A DNA stretch of 47,276 nt from Toensbergia leucococca (taxonomy: Eukaryota), in assembly GCA_022813965.1 (NCBI GenBank), contig JALDZS010000071.1:62001-109276 (forward strand). Direction: 5' to 3'. The stretch's first letter is position 1. Each line of letters opens with the position of its first letter. Position numbers and translations under genes: made by a program. Below are positions 23,750 to 33,928 of this stretch, piece after piece. The notes under the pieces are model-generated. The model did not search any database. It was not told the origin of the DNA and saw only the letters and a list, made by a program, of their open reading frames with translations.

Positions 23750-26614
23750 ATGCCTGTTGTGCCGGCCATGACGAAACGACTTTGGCCAGTCGAGGGCGTG
23801 GTGACCGGTCAATCGACTAGTCCCATTTCTTCCGGCAGAGGAATACAAGTGTTTCCGGCTAGCACCCCTCCTTCTATTGAATCTTCCCCGGAGAGCTCTG
23901 TGCCTAGCACACCGTCGAGTGGTCATGAAAGCCCTGTCAGAGGGAGAACGCTCACGATAATCGGAACACAGCATGGTCTAGTCTCCCGAGCAACAAGCCG
24001 CCGTCAAGCTGGCCCGAGTTCCATTGAGTTTGACGGTGGAAAGGTACAGTATCGTCTTATCAGCAGAAATTTCTCAGCAGAGCCTCAAAATCTCGATGCA
24101 TCTCTCATAGAGCCTTATCCAGTTGGTAGCAGTGTTAGCACTGACTTTTCAGAGCTCATGACTCGGAGCTTCGTTGATGTCAATGGTTTCAGCGGACACA
24201 GAGATACCTTTGCCTTATGGAAAAAACGCCGTCCGAAAAATCAATATGAGAAATTGCCGAGGTCGTTCTTTTATCGTCTGAGACGTTATATCGACTTCGA
24301 AACGTATCTAGCCATCCGTCTCTCCTGTCGCTGCTGGTCAGTGGCAATCACCCGTGTACATCCTCTAACACTACCTCCCGTTTTCTTCCTCCCGACAGAA
24401 ATTGTGGAGCAAATATATAGATACCTATCTCCTACGGATTTCAACGCAGCTAGACATACTTGTCGAGCGTGGATGATGGCGAGCCTTGAAAGTCAGCTTT
24501 TGACCTTAATGCTCAGGCGCGGCGGCTGGTGGGCCGCTGCTCAGGTAGACGTCAACGCCGACAATGACCCTGTCATGGAGCGGACTAACAACAACGAAGA
24601 GTGGCTCATGAGTAAAAGAATTGCCACTGAATGCTCGTTGAGACCAGGTTGGACTGGAAATGGACTTGGACGCTTTTCACCAGGACTTTCGTCCTTCTCA
24701 CTAAACATCTTTAATGCATTGCCGCGGAGTGAGCCTATAGGCCGGAGTAGCCTTGCTCTTACTTCTCAGACAGACTTCTCTGAGCTCAGTAGTGACTACA
24801 GTACCGCTGACTATCCTCCGAACACTTCAGCTTTACACTTCAACGTTAGCGTTTGTGGAAAGTTTGTCCTCGTTATAGAAGGTTGTGTTATCTATATTTA
24901 CCGTCTTCGCGATGATGCAGCAAAATCTACACATCATGGCGGCCAGCTCGAACCCTTGACCAGTATCATTTGCCCTCTTCGTGTCCTTGTCGCAAGTATG
25001 GACACGTCGTCACAAAGATTCGCAATAGCAGCTCTGATAGATGGCCGGATGGGTTTAGTATGCGATCTACATGAAATCGCCAATACTATTCGACCTTTAG
25101 ACTCGCAAACCCGTGCGAGAGCCTGGGGTATGTCAGATTATAGATCGTGTGTCACCAGCTCTCGGAACTCAGGCGATCGAGCTGTTACAGAGCAAGCTCT
25201 GCCTGAAGTATACGGCGCCCGGCAGGATAGATCTTGGTCGACTGGTGGAACAGGGGCAGATGACCTACACAACCGACGAGGCAACTTCCGTGATCCTATT
25301 GGACCAACTATCGTTTCTGCCGAGCCTGGAGAATCTCGACCCCGTGGCATTCCTATCGAGACTGGTTCCCGGAGTATCTATCGCAACCTCTGCTCTGAAG
25401 ATGATCCCCCTCGGAGCGTCGCTATATGTCCCCAACGTCGCTGTGTTGCTTTTGGTTGTGGCGCAGGTATAGAACTTCACTGGGTAGATGCTTTGACGGG
25501 CACAGATCTTAACCGTTGGTTCCCCCTCACCGCGCCCTCGGATTTCCTATACTTCTTACCTCCTCGTCCTGGTGTAGATACTGCTAAAAAGCTGCGCCTC
25601 ATCTCTTCCGCGGCGCATCCAAAGGAGATACCGAGTTTGACGCACCGCTTCTTCCCAACAAGGACAGTTGGGCCACCATTCTGGGAGGACCTTGGAGGCA
25701 GTGAGGGGGGACGACGACGAGAAAATTGTGATCACTACCGAGCGGTGCCGTTGAGTGATGGGTTCCACGTCTTATTCACTGATCCAGCGACAGGATTGCT
25801 ATTTCTAGGAAGCGATGCTCCACTAGGAGGTACGACGAAGCTAGATAGACGAATCATGTTCTTGGGCCCAGAAGGATGCCTGCCAAGAGTCTATGCTGCG
25901 GCGGCAGAGCTGAGATGGGGAGTTAGAATTGCGGCAGGGTATGGAGATATGCTTTGGTTGTTCTGTGTGCCCCCGGATATCTTTCACGGGAAGGAAGATG
26001 ATGAGTGGCCTGTGACTATCAGCGGAGTGGAGATTGGAATGATACAAGGATTAATAGATGTGGCTATTGAAGGTGAAGGAGGAGGAGTCACGATATGGGC
26101 TTTTGGGGAAGAAGGAATGGGGTACGCTTGGCGGATCAACGGCGGTAGTGGAGATAGGGCAAGAAAGAGAGTTGTGAGGAGAGATGGGGTAGTTGTCGAT
26201 GAGGAGGATTTGGATGGCGATGTTGTCATGACAGACGCTTGCGAGCCTCGGCTGCATGACCGAACGATCGATTTCGATGGTCCGGCAACGGAGCTAGTTC
26301 GACGGCCAGGAGGCATAGAGGCTGATGTCTCTGCCATGCGTCAGATGACCGAGCATGACTGGTTTGACATGGATGTGAGGGACGTGGAAATGAGAGATGT
26401 GCTTGATGATGAGGACGAAGGCTACGCGTCAGATGAGATCAAATTTGCTATCCATACCCCTGCGTTCACTGAGAGGTGGTCTGAGGCAGAGGAGGAGGCG
26501 GATTGGGTGCCAGATTTCCTTGGGGATGGGGATAGGGGGGATCAGGGGGTGGATGTTTGGGGGGCGGGGAGGCTGGAGTGCGGGGTCTTTGGATGTGGGA
26601 AGAGACAGGGTTGA
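23750..26614 (+). CDS. F-box protein with two F-box-like motifs, a putative beta-propeller and an acidic tail
   Basis: Intronless ORF of about 954 aa from the ATG at 23750. F-box-like LPRSFFYRLRRYIDFETYLAIRLSCRCW and LPTEIVEQIYRYLSPTDFNAARHTCRAW; propeller-like PRSVAICPQRRCVAFG. Start codon uncertain. Confidence 0.8.
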   Translation: MPVVPAMTKRLWPVEGVVTGQSTSPISSGRGIQVFPASTPPSIESSPESSVPSTPSSGHESPVRGRTLTIIGTQHGLVSRATSRRQAGPSSIEFDGGKVQYRLISRNFSAEPQNLDASLIEPYPVGSSVSTDFSELMTRSFVDVNGFSGHRDTFALWKKRRPKNQYEKLPRSFFYRLRRYIDFETYLAIRLSCRCWSVAITRVHPLTLPPVFFLPTEIVEQIYRYLSPTDFNAARHTCRAWMMASLESQLLTLMLRRGGWWAAAQVDVNADNDPVMERTNNNEEWLMSKRIATECSLRPGWTGNGLGRFSPGLSSFSLNIFNALPRSEPIGRSSLALTSQTDFSELSSDYSTADYPPNTSALHFNVSVCGKFVLVIEGCVIYIYRLRDDAAKSTHHGGQLEPLTSIICPLRVLVASMDTSSQRFAIAALIDGRMGLVCDLHEIANTIRPLDSQTRARAWGMSDYRSCVTSSRNSGDRAVTEQALPEVYGARQDRSWSTGGTGADDLHNRRGNFRDPIGPTIVSAEPGESRPRGIPIETGSRSIYRNLCSEDDPPRSVAICPQRRCVAFGCGAGIELHWVDALTGTDLNRWFPLTAPSDFLYFLPPRPGVDTAKKLRLISSAAHPKEIPSLTHRFFPTRTVGPPFWEDLGGSEGGRRRENCDHYRAVPLSDGFHVLFTDPATGLLFLGSDAPLGGTTKLDRRIMFLGPEGCLPRVYAAAAELRWGVRIAAGYGDMLWLFCVPPDIFHGKEDDEWPVTISGVEIGMIQGLIDVAIEGEGGGVTIWAFGEEGMGYAWRINGGSGDRARKRVVRRDGVVVDEEDLDGDVVMTDACEPRLHDRTIDFDGPATELVRRPGGIEADVSAMRQMTEHDWFDMDVRDVEMRDVLDDEDEGYASDEIKFAIHTPAFTERWSEAEEEADWVPDFLGDGDRGDQGVDVWGAGRLECGVFGCGKRQG

Positions 26615-26725
26615 GTTGTGCGGGTTTGGTTGGGGGTTGTTTTTGTTGTCGGTTTTGTTATTCTTTCGTTAGTGTTACTTGGATCCTAGAACCTATGCCG
26701 TACTATTCCTTAATTCATTATTGAT

Positions 26726-26825
26726 TGTTTGAGTGTTTGAGTGTTTGAGTGTTTGAGTGTTTGAGTGTTTGAGTGTTTGAGTGTTTGAGTGTTTGAGTGT
26801 TTGAGTGTTTGAGTGTTTGAGTGTT
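26726..26825. repeat. Perfect 8-bp tandem repeat (TGTTTGAG) x 12.5
   Basis: Directly visible, about 110 bp downstream of the F-box stop codon. Confidence 0.97.
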
Positions 26826-27140
26826 GTGTTTTGTCCATTGTGGACGTGACTTGTTGTTTTCCATTGATCTTGCTTTGGTTGATGGAATGTTTTCGTCTGC
26901 TCTGGTTGGTTCTTCTGATTGTTCAACGGCTATACTGCGTAGGTCATCATGTGTATGTCAAATTGAGTGCAGGGCTATCATGAGCCCATGTAGAATAGAG
27001 AACCAAATCTAAGAATAATTGATCTATTGAGAGATGTCTAGATATCTAATGAAACAAACACTCATGAAATTGACAGAATTTTAAAACTGCGTGAAAAGTT
27101 GGGTTGAAAAAAAAGGTTAAGCGAGGTGTTCTGGCGCGCG

Positions 27141-27150
27141 CCTCGAACCC
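27141..27150 (-). promoter_or_regulatory. Pol III B-box downstream of U6
   Basis: GGGTTCGAGG on the minus strand, resembling the GGTTCGA B-box core, 5 nt past the U6 oligo-T terminator. Confidence 0.6.
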
Positions 27151-27154
27151 ATGC

Positions 27155-27256
27155 AAAAAAATTTGGAGCTTCTCTTTGATTGAGCGTGTCATCCTTAGTG
27201 CAGGGGCCATGCTAATCTTCTCTGTATCGTTTCAAATTGACCAAATGCCCGAAGGC
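27155..27256 (-). ncRNA. U6: U6 spliceosomal snRNA (intronless)
   Basis: Minus strand reads GCCTTCGGGCATTTGGTCAATTTGAAACGATACAGAGAAGATTAGCATGGCCCCTGCACTAAGGATGACACGC...TTTTTTT, containing the ACAGAGA box, AGC triad and ISL. AT-rich TATA-like tract at about -30 (27271-27290). Confidence 0.98.
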
Positions 27257-28578
27257 AAAAGATACGATCTTATTTTATTAAATATAAAATCGGGCTTGGT
27301 GAGCACTAGCTATCAACAACCTGGAAGATTCTCTCAACGACAATCCATCGAGCCATCATACATCGTTATTTCATCGAGCCTTTTGCTTGCGAAATGGATT
27401 GGGATTTCAATCTTTCTTTGGTGCAGTCTTCCGTCGGCTCTATCAGTTTTAGGACATGAGTGAATTCCCATCAAATCTTGGAGAATATTTCCCATGGACT
27501 AGAATACCATCTCACTGCGCCGAGGAGCCTATCTCAACGACACATCTCCACAACTTTCCCCAAGCATTTATGTAGGAGCTTATGGCAGTGTTCAAACTTT
27601 TCTCTGTTGCAATTTCAACTCTATTATTACTTTGAGAACTCACTTCATCATCAGTTCCCCACGCAGATTTGAACTGTTTCTCATGATCATTTGACATCAA
27701 GCCTTTTCGTCTCATTCAATTCAATCGCGTTGTTTCTTCATTTTTCGATTCATACTGTCTTCTGAATTCTCCAACCACTTTTTCAGATTTGCTTTTCTTT
27801 CAACACACGAAAACATCATACCATCTCAGCGCACTATCATTAACAGGCCTAGCTGTTGTATCTTGCCGATGAATAGATTGCAAGCACAGAATCCGTTTGG
27901 CGCAAGGACGCCTAGCAATGCCACTGACTTTTACAAGCCCATTAGATCAAAGAAGAAGCCTGTGAGCCTAGTTCAAGCACCCAGGTACTTGCGAACCAAG
28001 GCGCGGTTTAATGCAAGTGTCTAACACTGATCTTTCACGAAGCTTTTCCAATCAAATAGCAAACACCTATCAAGATTTTGAATTTTGCTATTCAAACTGC
28101 GTTGCTGAATTCTCCCTACTTCGATGTTTTTGTCCGTGCCTAATGTTCTATATATCAAGATGAGTTGTTCGCTAAACCATGTTTAACCCTAATCATATCT
28201 CCGCCCGGGCCTCCGATCCGAGCTTCACACGCTGCTCCGGGCTTCACAACATTGGTCTAGATGGCGATCCGAACTTGTAATTTCTTAACGAATGTCTATC
28301 CTCACTCCGGTAAAAAACACAACATCGAACCGCCAATTCGGAATAGAGCCATCTACATTACTACCGATGCTTGCAGACTGGTAAGCACTATGGCTATCAC
28401 ACTCTGTCTATTCTGTACAACACTGACTCTCATGACTCAAGACAAAATACTGTATTGGAGATCGTGGTTCAGGGATTGAAGACTGTACGAATTCAAGAAT
28501 GTGCGTTCCCTGTCACATCAGTACGCCAGGTTTGAAGTATCAGGGTAACCCAGCTTATACACGCACAATCTAGACAAC

Positions 28579-29499
28579 ATGGCGCGCAAGAAGATGCAGA
28601 GTTACCAACGCCGCAAGGCCGACGGCAAAGCTCCCACCAAGTTGACAATGGCCACCCATCCGTTGAGTATCCCAAACCTGACCAAACGCAAATCAAAGTA
28701 TTATCAAAACCTCTACGCCGCCCAAGAAAAAGCTCTATCCGAGATGGAAGAGGATACGAATTCTTTTCCTTTTATGAAGCTGCCCGTCGAGTTGCGCATA
28801 ATGGTATACGATGAGCACCTCACAAGACTCGGGACTTTGTCTGGAATGCAAGTTGGATACACATGGAACGACGAGTCTGCGGAAGATGACATCGACGATC
28901 GCGTCCCCGCATTCCCTGACTACCCGAAGGCAGCGGAACTCCTGCTTGTATGTAAGGCTTTTTATGTTGAAGCCTCCCCGATCTTCTACCGCGAGAACTT
29001 CTTCCACTTTGGAGATGTGGTTGAAATGGGCAAGTATCTCGAATCTATCCCGTTGGTGAGGCGTCAACAGATCACGCGCCTTTCCTTTGAATACGAAGGT
29101 CGCAACCGCGGTGTCGGCTTCTACAAATGGTTCCAGCTGCTGAACGAATGCACGGCACTGCGTCATCTATTCATCACAGCCTCGGAGGACTTGAAATGGT
29201 CACTCCCGTGGTGGATGGGAGAAGATCGTTGTTTGCAGAACGCCTATGGTATCGAGTACCTTCTCATGGTCAGAGGGATCGAGGAGCTGCAAATCGACTT
29301 TCTTAACGTTTGTAACGGCCTCTACGAAGAGGATATGTTTCTGTTTGAGGAAAGACTGCAAGTTCTGAAGGAGCCTCGCCTCGCAGCTAGGCCTGGGAGC
29401 GGCGAAGTGGTTCCCGAAGCTCACAATCAGACGACCCCGGGGGCCATAGTGAGCACACCGGACCGCAGCACCGCCAGATCTAGAGCAAGGATGGTTTAG
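28579..29499 (+). CDS. Fungal F-box-like hypothetical protein (306 aa)
   Basis: FPFMKLPVELRIMVYDEHL followed by LLLVCKAFYVEASPIFYRENFFHF, a motif pair common in expanded Pezizomycotina F-box-like families. Confidence 0.75.
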   Translation: MARKKMQSYQRRKADGKAPTKLTMATHPLSIPNLTKRKSKYYQNLYAAQEKALSEMEEDTNSFPFMKLPVELRIMVYDEHLTRLGTLSGMQVGYTWNDESAEDDIDDRVPAFPDYPKAAELLLVCKAFYVEASPIFYRENFFHFGDVVEMGKYLESIPLVRRQQITRLSFEYEGRNRGVGFYKWFQLLNECTALRHLFITASEDLKWSLPWWMGEDRCLQNAYGIEYLLMVRGIEELQIDFLNVCNGLYEEDMFLFEERLQVLKEPRLAARPGSGEVVPEAHNQTTPGAIVSTPDRSTARSRARMV

Positions 29500-30060
29500 G
29501 TGAGCAGCAGAGCAGCTAGAAAATATGTCCGAGAGTCATAAACACGATGTTGATGAATGCTGACTAGAAGACTCTTAGGAAAATCAATGGCTGTCCATGT
29601 GTCAATGACCTGTACTCTGATTGGTGGAATCTTGGGGAGTCAGATAGTGTTTCTGGAGTATTTCCCCATTTGGAGACCATAACAAATCAGGGGCTAATTG
29701 TGATTTTCAGTATTCATCTTGTATGACACGAGAGTTGTGCTGGTGAGTAGTCATAGACAGGACCTATCTTGGTTGCTACAGGACTTGTGCTGACAGGCAG
29801 ACTAAGAAGGTCAGAAGTCGGAAGTGGTGTCTTCCCGATACCGAGTTCACTGATCGGTCGAATGTGGTGTTTTTCAAGTACCAATAGTCTTTCTTGTTCG
29901 AGCAGACGTCGAGAACTTCCATCACAAGCGTGTCTTTTTCACCCCAAGTGCTGTCCAGACAAGAGTCTCATCATGTCCAATCAATCACCAAAAAAACATG
30001 TACCAGTACTTCCTTTCCAATAGTTAGACTGCAGACTCTCCTCAATAAAATGAAGAAATC

Positions 30061-31191
30061 TCAACCCCTCAACGGCAAAACATGCTGCGCTAAAATCGCC
30101 TGCCTGCACAGCGGGCACTCGGCCTTCTCCTTGATCCAATCCGCAATGCACGTCCAGCAAAACACATGCCCACACGTTGTCGCGCTCGGATCCTTCAACT
30201 CCTCCAAACAAAGCGTGCATTTCCGCTGCTGCCGTCCTTGAATCCAGCCCATTAGATTATCGTCCTGGAGATTATATCTAGCTTTCTCGTGTAGTATAGG
30301 CGTATTCGTAACCTCGGCAATCCTCCCACTCCCGCCTTCCCTCGCAGCACTCTCCTCGAAAATTAGCTCGTTGCCCCCTCCATCAACATTCGCCCCCAAT
30401 CCAATCTCCACGCCACCGCCAACGACAGCACTGCCTCCGGCCAAATTTCCCACATTTGCAAGCACAGGCGCCCGACTTCCTAGTGTATCATGCATATGTA
30501 TCCAGCTCTGCACGGCCATTTGCAACACTAGCAGCACGCCCAAGACTTCGTATCCCACGCGCTGATCTGAGGGGTCGAGGCGCTTGGTGAAGATGTAGCG
30601 GAGGCGGAAGATTCGTTTGCTGAGGTGGTAGTAGGAGCCTGTGAAGTAGAAGATTGCGAGGCTGAGGGCGTAGAGGGGGGAGGGGGACGTCAGGGTTGTG
30701 AGGTTTTGTAGGAGGTAGGATTGAAGGGTGTAGGTGAGTGTTTGGGGCTGTTTTTGGTGTTGTTGTTGGGCATTGTGGTTGGGTTTTTGGAGGCTCGTTT
30801 CTAGAGATTTGCGGATGCGGGCACGGAGGCTGGGGAGGAACTTCGAGAGGGTGTAGGGGAGGAGGATGGTGCTGAGGATGTAGGAAAGACGCTGCGTGAA
30901 GGGTGGGAGGGAGAGGGTCGCGGCGTCGATTTGGATCATGTCGGTGTATTCTTCCCCCAGGGTGCGATTGCCCAGGAGGGTTGTGAGGGCGTGGTAGAGG
31001 AGGGAAGTGCTTGTTTCGAGGAGGGGGGTATGGGTGTGGGTGAAGCGGGAGCCGTAGAGGGAGCGTAAGATTGTGGTAAGCTGGGCTTGAAGGCTGGCTT
31101 GGAGGGCGGTGTCTTTTTGGTTGGAGCGAATTATGTCCGGAGCGGCGGCGAAGGGGTAATTGTAGGATGGGAGGGAGGGAGAGGTGGCCAT
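30061..31191 (-). CDS. PEX10: Peroxin-10 RING E3 ligase
   Basis: YPFAAAPDIIRSNQKD, GNRTLGEEY, GYEVLGVLL and a C-terminal C3HC4 RING CTLCLEE...CGHVFCWTC...CPLCRQ. Confidence 0.96.
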   Translation of the reverse strand: MATSPSLPSYNYPFAAAPDIIRSNQKDTALQASLQAQLTTILRSLYGSRFTHTHTPLLETSTSLLYHALTTLLGNRTLGEEYTDMIQIDAATLSLPPFTQRLSYILSTILLPYTLSKFLPSLRARIRKSLETSLQKPNHNAQQQHQKQPQTLTYTLQSYLLQNLTTLTSPSPLYALSLAIFYFTGSYYHLSKRIFRLRYIFTKRLDPSDQRVGYEVLGVLLVLQMAVQSWIHMHDTLGSRAPVLANVGNLAGGSAVVGGGVEIGLGANVDGGGNELIFEESAAREGGSGRIAEVTNTPILHEKARYNLQDDNLMGWIQGRQQRKCTLCLEELKDPSATTCGHVFCWTCIADWIKEKAECPLCRQAILAQHVLPLRG

Positions 31192-31603
31192 TATGAGGGC
31201 TTGTGAACTAGCGAACAGGGGGTTTCAAGCGCCCCACCGTCTGTTTGAGCGTTATCACATACAATATATCGGGTTGGGCGGGCGTTTCTTGGAGGGGAGG
31301 TCGAGAGAGACGTTTACGGCAGGCCGAGGTAAATATCCGTACGTTGTATTCTATTCTATGGGGCGCCGCTTTTAGCGCAGCACGAGCTCTGTGGGTTTTT
31401 CTCGAAAAGGCAATCGAACACGCTTACGGATACCCTCCCACCTCCTCCAACTTCTGATGTCAGCAACGACTGGTCTCCTGACTGCAGTCACTCGGTCCTC
31501 GTGAAGCTTGGGCGCTATCTAGTGCTCCGATAAATCGATCGCAGAAATCTAGTACCATTCCCTGAGTATACTGGAAAAATAAGACCAAGAGCATGTCTAC
31601 AGA

Positions 31604-33062
31604 ATGGATGGGGACTCTGCTGTTGAACCTGAGCTGGATACCTTTGGATTGATTCTACCGCTACCTTATAGAATCGCTGTGATTCTTGTGCTTGGTATGG
31701 GGCCCATGTATATTTTTCTCTACAAGGAGATTCCATGCTGACACTAAGATAGGTGTTTGGGCTTGGGGCGTGAATCTGCATTACCTATCTCTTCTCAAGA
31801 TCGTAAGCTCCGCGTTTCACATCCGCCATTGAGTTATATGCTAAAGATATGGCAGGATGTTCCAGCACTCATCAGGTATCATACCCGCTCGCCTTCCGTC
31901 ATTGCTCCCCATCATCGACGCACCTATCGCCTTGCGACCTTGATAACCATACCCTTGATCTTTTCCATTCTTCTCTTTTGGAAAATCACCCACGGTAGAG
32001 CCTCTTTGGTCCTTGCCTGGGAGCTTCTTCCGCAATCATACCTATTCCTGCTGGTCCTTATTTTCTTTTTACCGCTCCACTACCTTTCACGCTCCGGAAG
32101 ATACAGATTTCTCTCAACTTTAAAGCGAGTCAGCATAGGTGGAATAGCCGAGGGTCAAGATGGTAAATTCGGAGACATACTATTGGCTGATGTTTTGACC
32201 TCATATGCTAAGGTGCTTGGGGATCTATTCGTGTCGGGTTGCATGTTTTTCTCCAGCAAATATTCTTCCACGGACAAGCCCAATCGCACCTGTGGTGGTC
32301 CCTATATGGTTCCTATCATCATCAGTATACCGAGTATAATACGTTTGCGGCAGTGCTTGATTGAATACTACAGAGTCAGAAGGAGCGGCAAGAAGTCAGG
32401 AGGATTTGGATCTTCTGGCTGGGGCGGGCAGCATCTTGCCAATGCTCTAAAGTACTCGAGCGCTTTTCCTGTTGTCATCCTCAGTGCTTTGCAGCGCGGA
32501 TATGATCCAGGCAAGATTGGCATGAGCGAAACGGGTCTGTTCAGATTATGGTACGTTGGTGCCTTTACATCCTCCTCGGCCCTTTCTAATCGAGCGTGCA
32601 GGTTATTCTTTGTATTCTTCAATTCATTCTACTCATTCTACTGGGACGTGGCTAAAGATTGGGATCTCACCCTCTTCGGCCCAGCATCAGAGCGCAACAA
32701 TGCAGAACACCCCTGGGGCTTACGTCGTCACATTCATTTTCACAGCAAGGATGTCTATTACGGAGCGATCTTTATAGATCTGCTATTACGTTGTACCTGG
32801 AGCCTGAAGCTGTCTCCACACTTGGACCACTTCAATGATTGGGAAGGTGGCATTTTCGTCATGGAATTCCTGGAGGTGCTGCGTAGGTGGATGTGGATCT
32901 TCTTTCGAGTGGAAACCGAATGGGGTTAGTCACGCTGTTGCAAAGCTTTTTGGATTGTGCATAAGTACTGATCTAAAGGCAGTTCGGACGAATCGGGGGC
33001 CAGCACCTGGCGATATCCTCTTAGGAGACTACAATAGTGCTGGGAAAGAGGATGACGATTGA
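31604..33062 (+). CDS. ERD1: EXS-family protein Erd1 (ER retention defective); exons 31604-31694, 31753-31802, 31856-32550, 32602-32924, 32983-33062
   Basis: MDGDSAVEPELD...LPLPYR, GKFGDILLADVLTSYAK, HLANALKYSSAFP, NSFYSFYWDVAKDW and LEVLRRWMWIFFRVETEW. No SPX domain. Confidence 0.9.
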
Positions 33063-33243
33063 GAGAGGACATTCTAAAGGTAATGCGGACAGCTTGCTCA
33101 GGTTTTGACGCGACGCGTTCTGTTAATCATGACGTCAAAGTCGTCGATCACATTCACCGCTATTTTCCTCTCAAGAATCTTTCGCTATTTAGTTCTCTGC
33201 GACACTTGACAAATTTGTACAAATCCATTGAGACCGAGACAAG

Positions 33244-33691
33244 ATGGCCTTACCAACCAGCAACAACAACATTACCACCAAATTTGAGACCAAATTAGCC
33301 TTGTTGAACACAAAGCTCTCCTCCCTCATGGAGTATGTCCTTCTTACCCAGCCCTCAATTGTCACCTCTAATGCCTCTTCCTATCAGCGCACTTCAGGAC
33401 CATCTGCAAATGAATCTCGAATCCCCCACCTCCGCGTCGAAAACCCTCCACTTTGTCTGGGATTTTGTTCAACGCACCCGCCACAACCTCTCGTTTGTTT
33501 CCGCCCAGGACCTCGCCGCTAACAAACGCGCTGCGCTGGAGCCGTATAACGATTCCCGGGGGAGGGCCATGTTTAGTGCCATGATTATTCGCGACCGGAC
33601 TGGGCAGACCTGTCGGAAGATGGGTATGGAGCCGGTGGATTTTGGGGACGCGGTTAGGGAGAAGGCTGCGGCGCTGGAGTCGGAGACGTGA
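33244..33691 (+). CDS. Small hypothetical protein (130 aa); exons 33244-33332, 33388-33691
   Basis: A GTATGT...CTAAT...CAG intron (33333-33387) joins two ORFs in frame. No recognisable domain. Confidence 0.65.
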
Positions 33692-33928
33692 TGGCGTTTG
33701 GGATAGGGAATAGCCGTTAATCAGATGGGGAAGATCCGATGAATGTTGAGAATTTTTGGTTTTAGTCCGGCACTGATATGTGCAGCAGTATGATTCAGAA
33801 GTATACCTTTTTGTTAACGGCGACGCAGACCTTTCTTACCTTTTTTCCTTATTGAAAGACACAATTTCAGACGAAAATTGTCTATTTGAGTCAATTGTTT
33901 TGATTCTACACTAACGCCACAAATTGAG

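Noticed and set aside
26693..26926. ORF with repeated TQTLKHSN units, or a CRISPR-like array
   Set aside because: It is just the translation of the 8-bp microsatellite. There are no spacers and the context is eukaryotic.
27104..27463. 119-aa ORF
   Set aside because: Antisense overlap of the U6 gene and its promoter.
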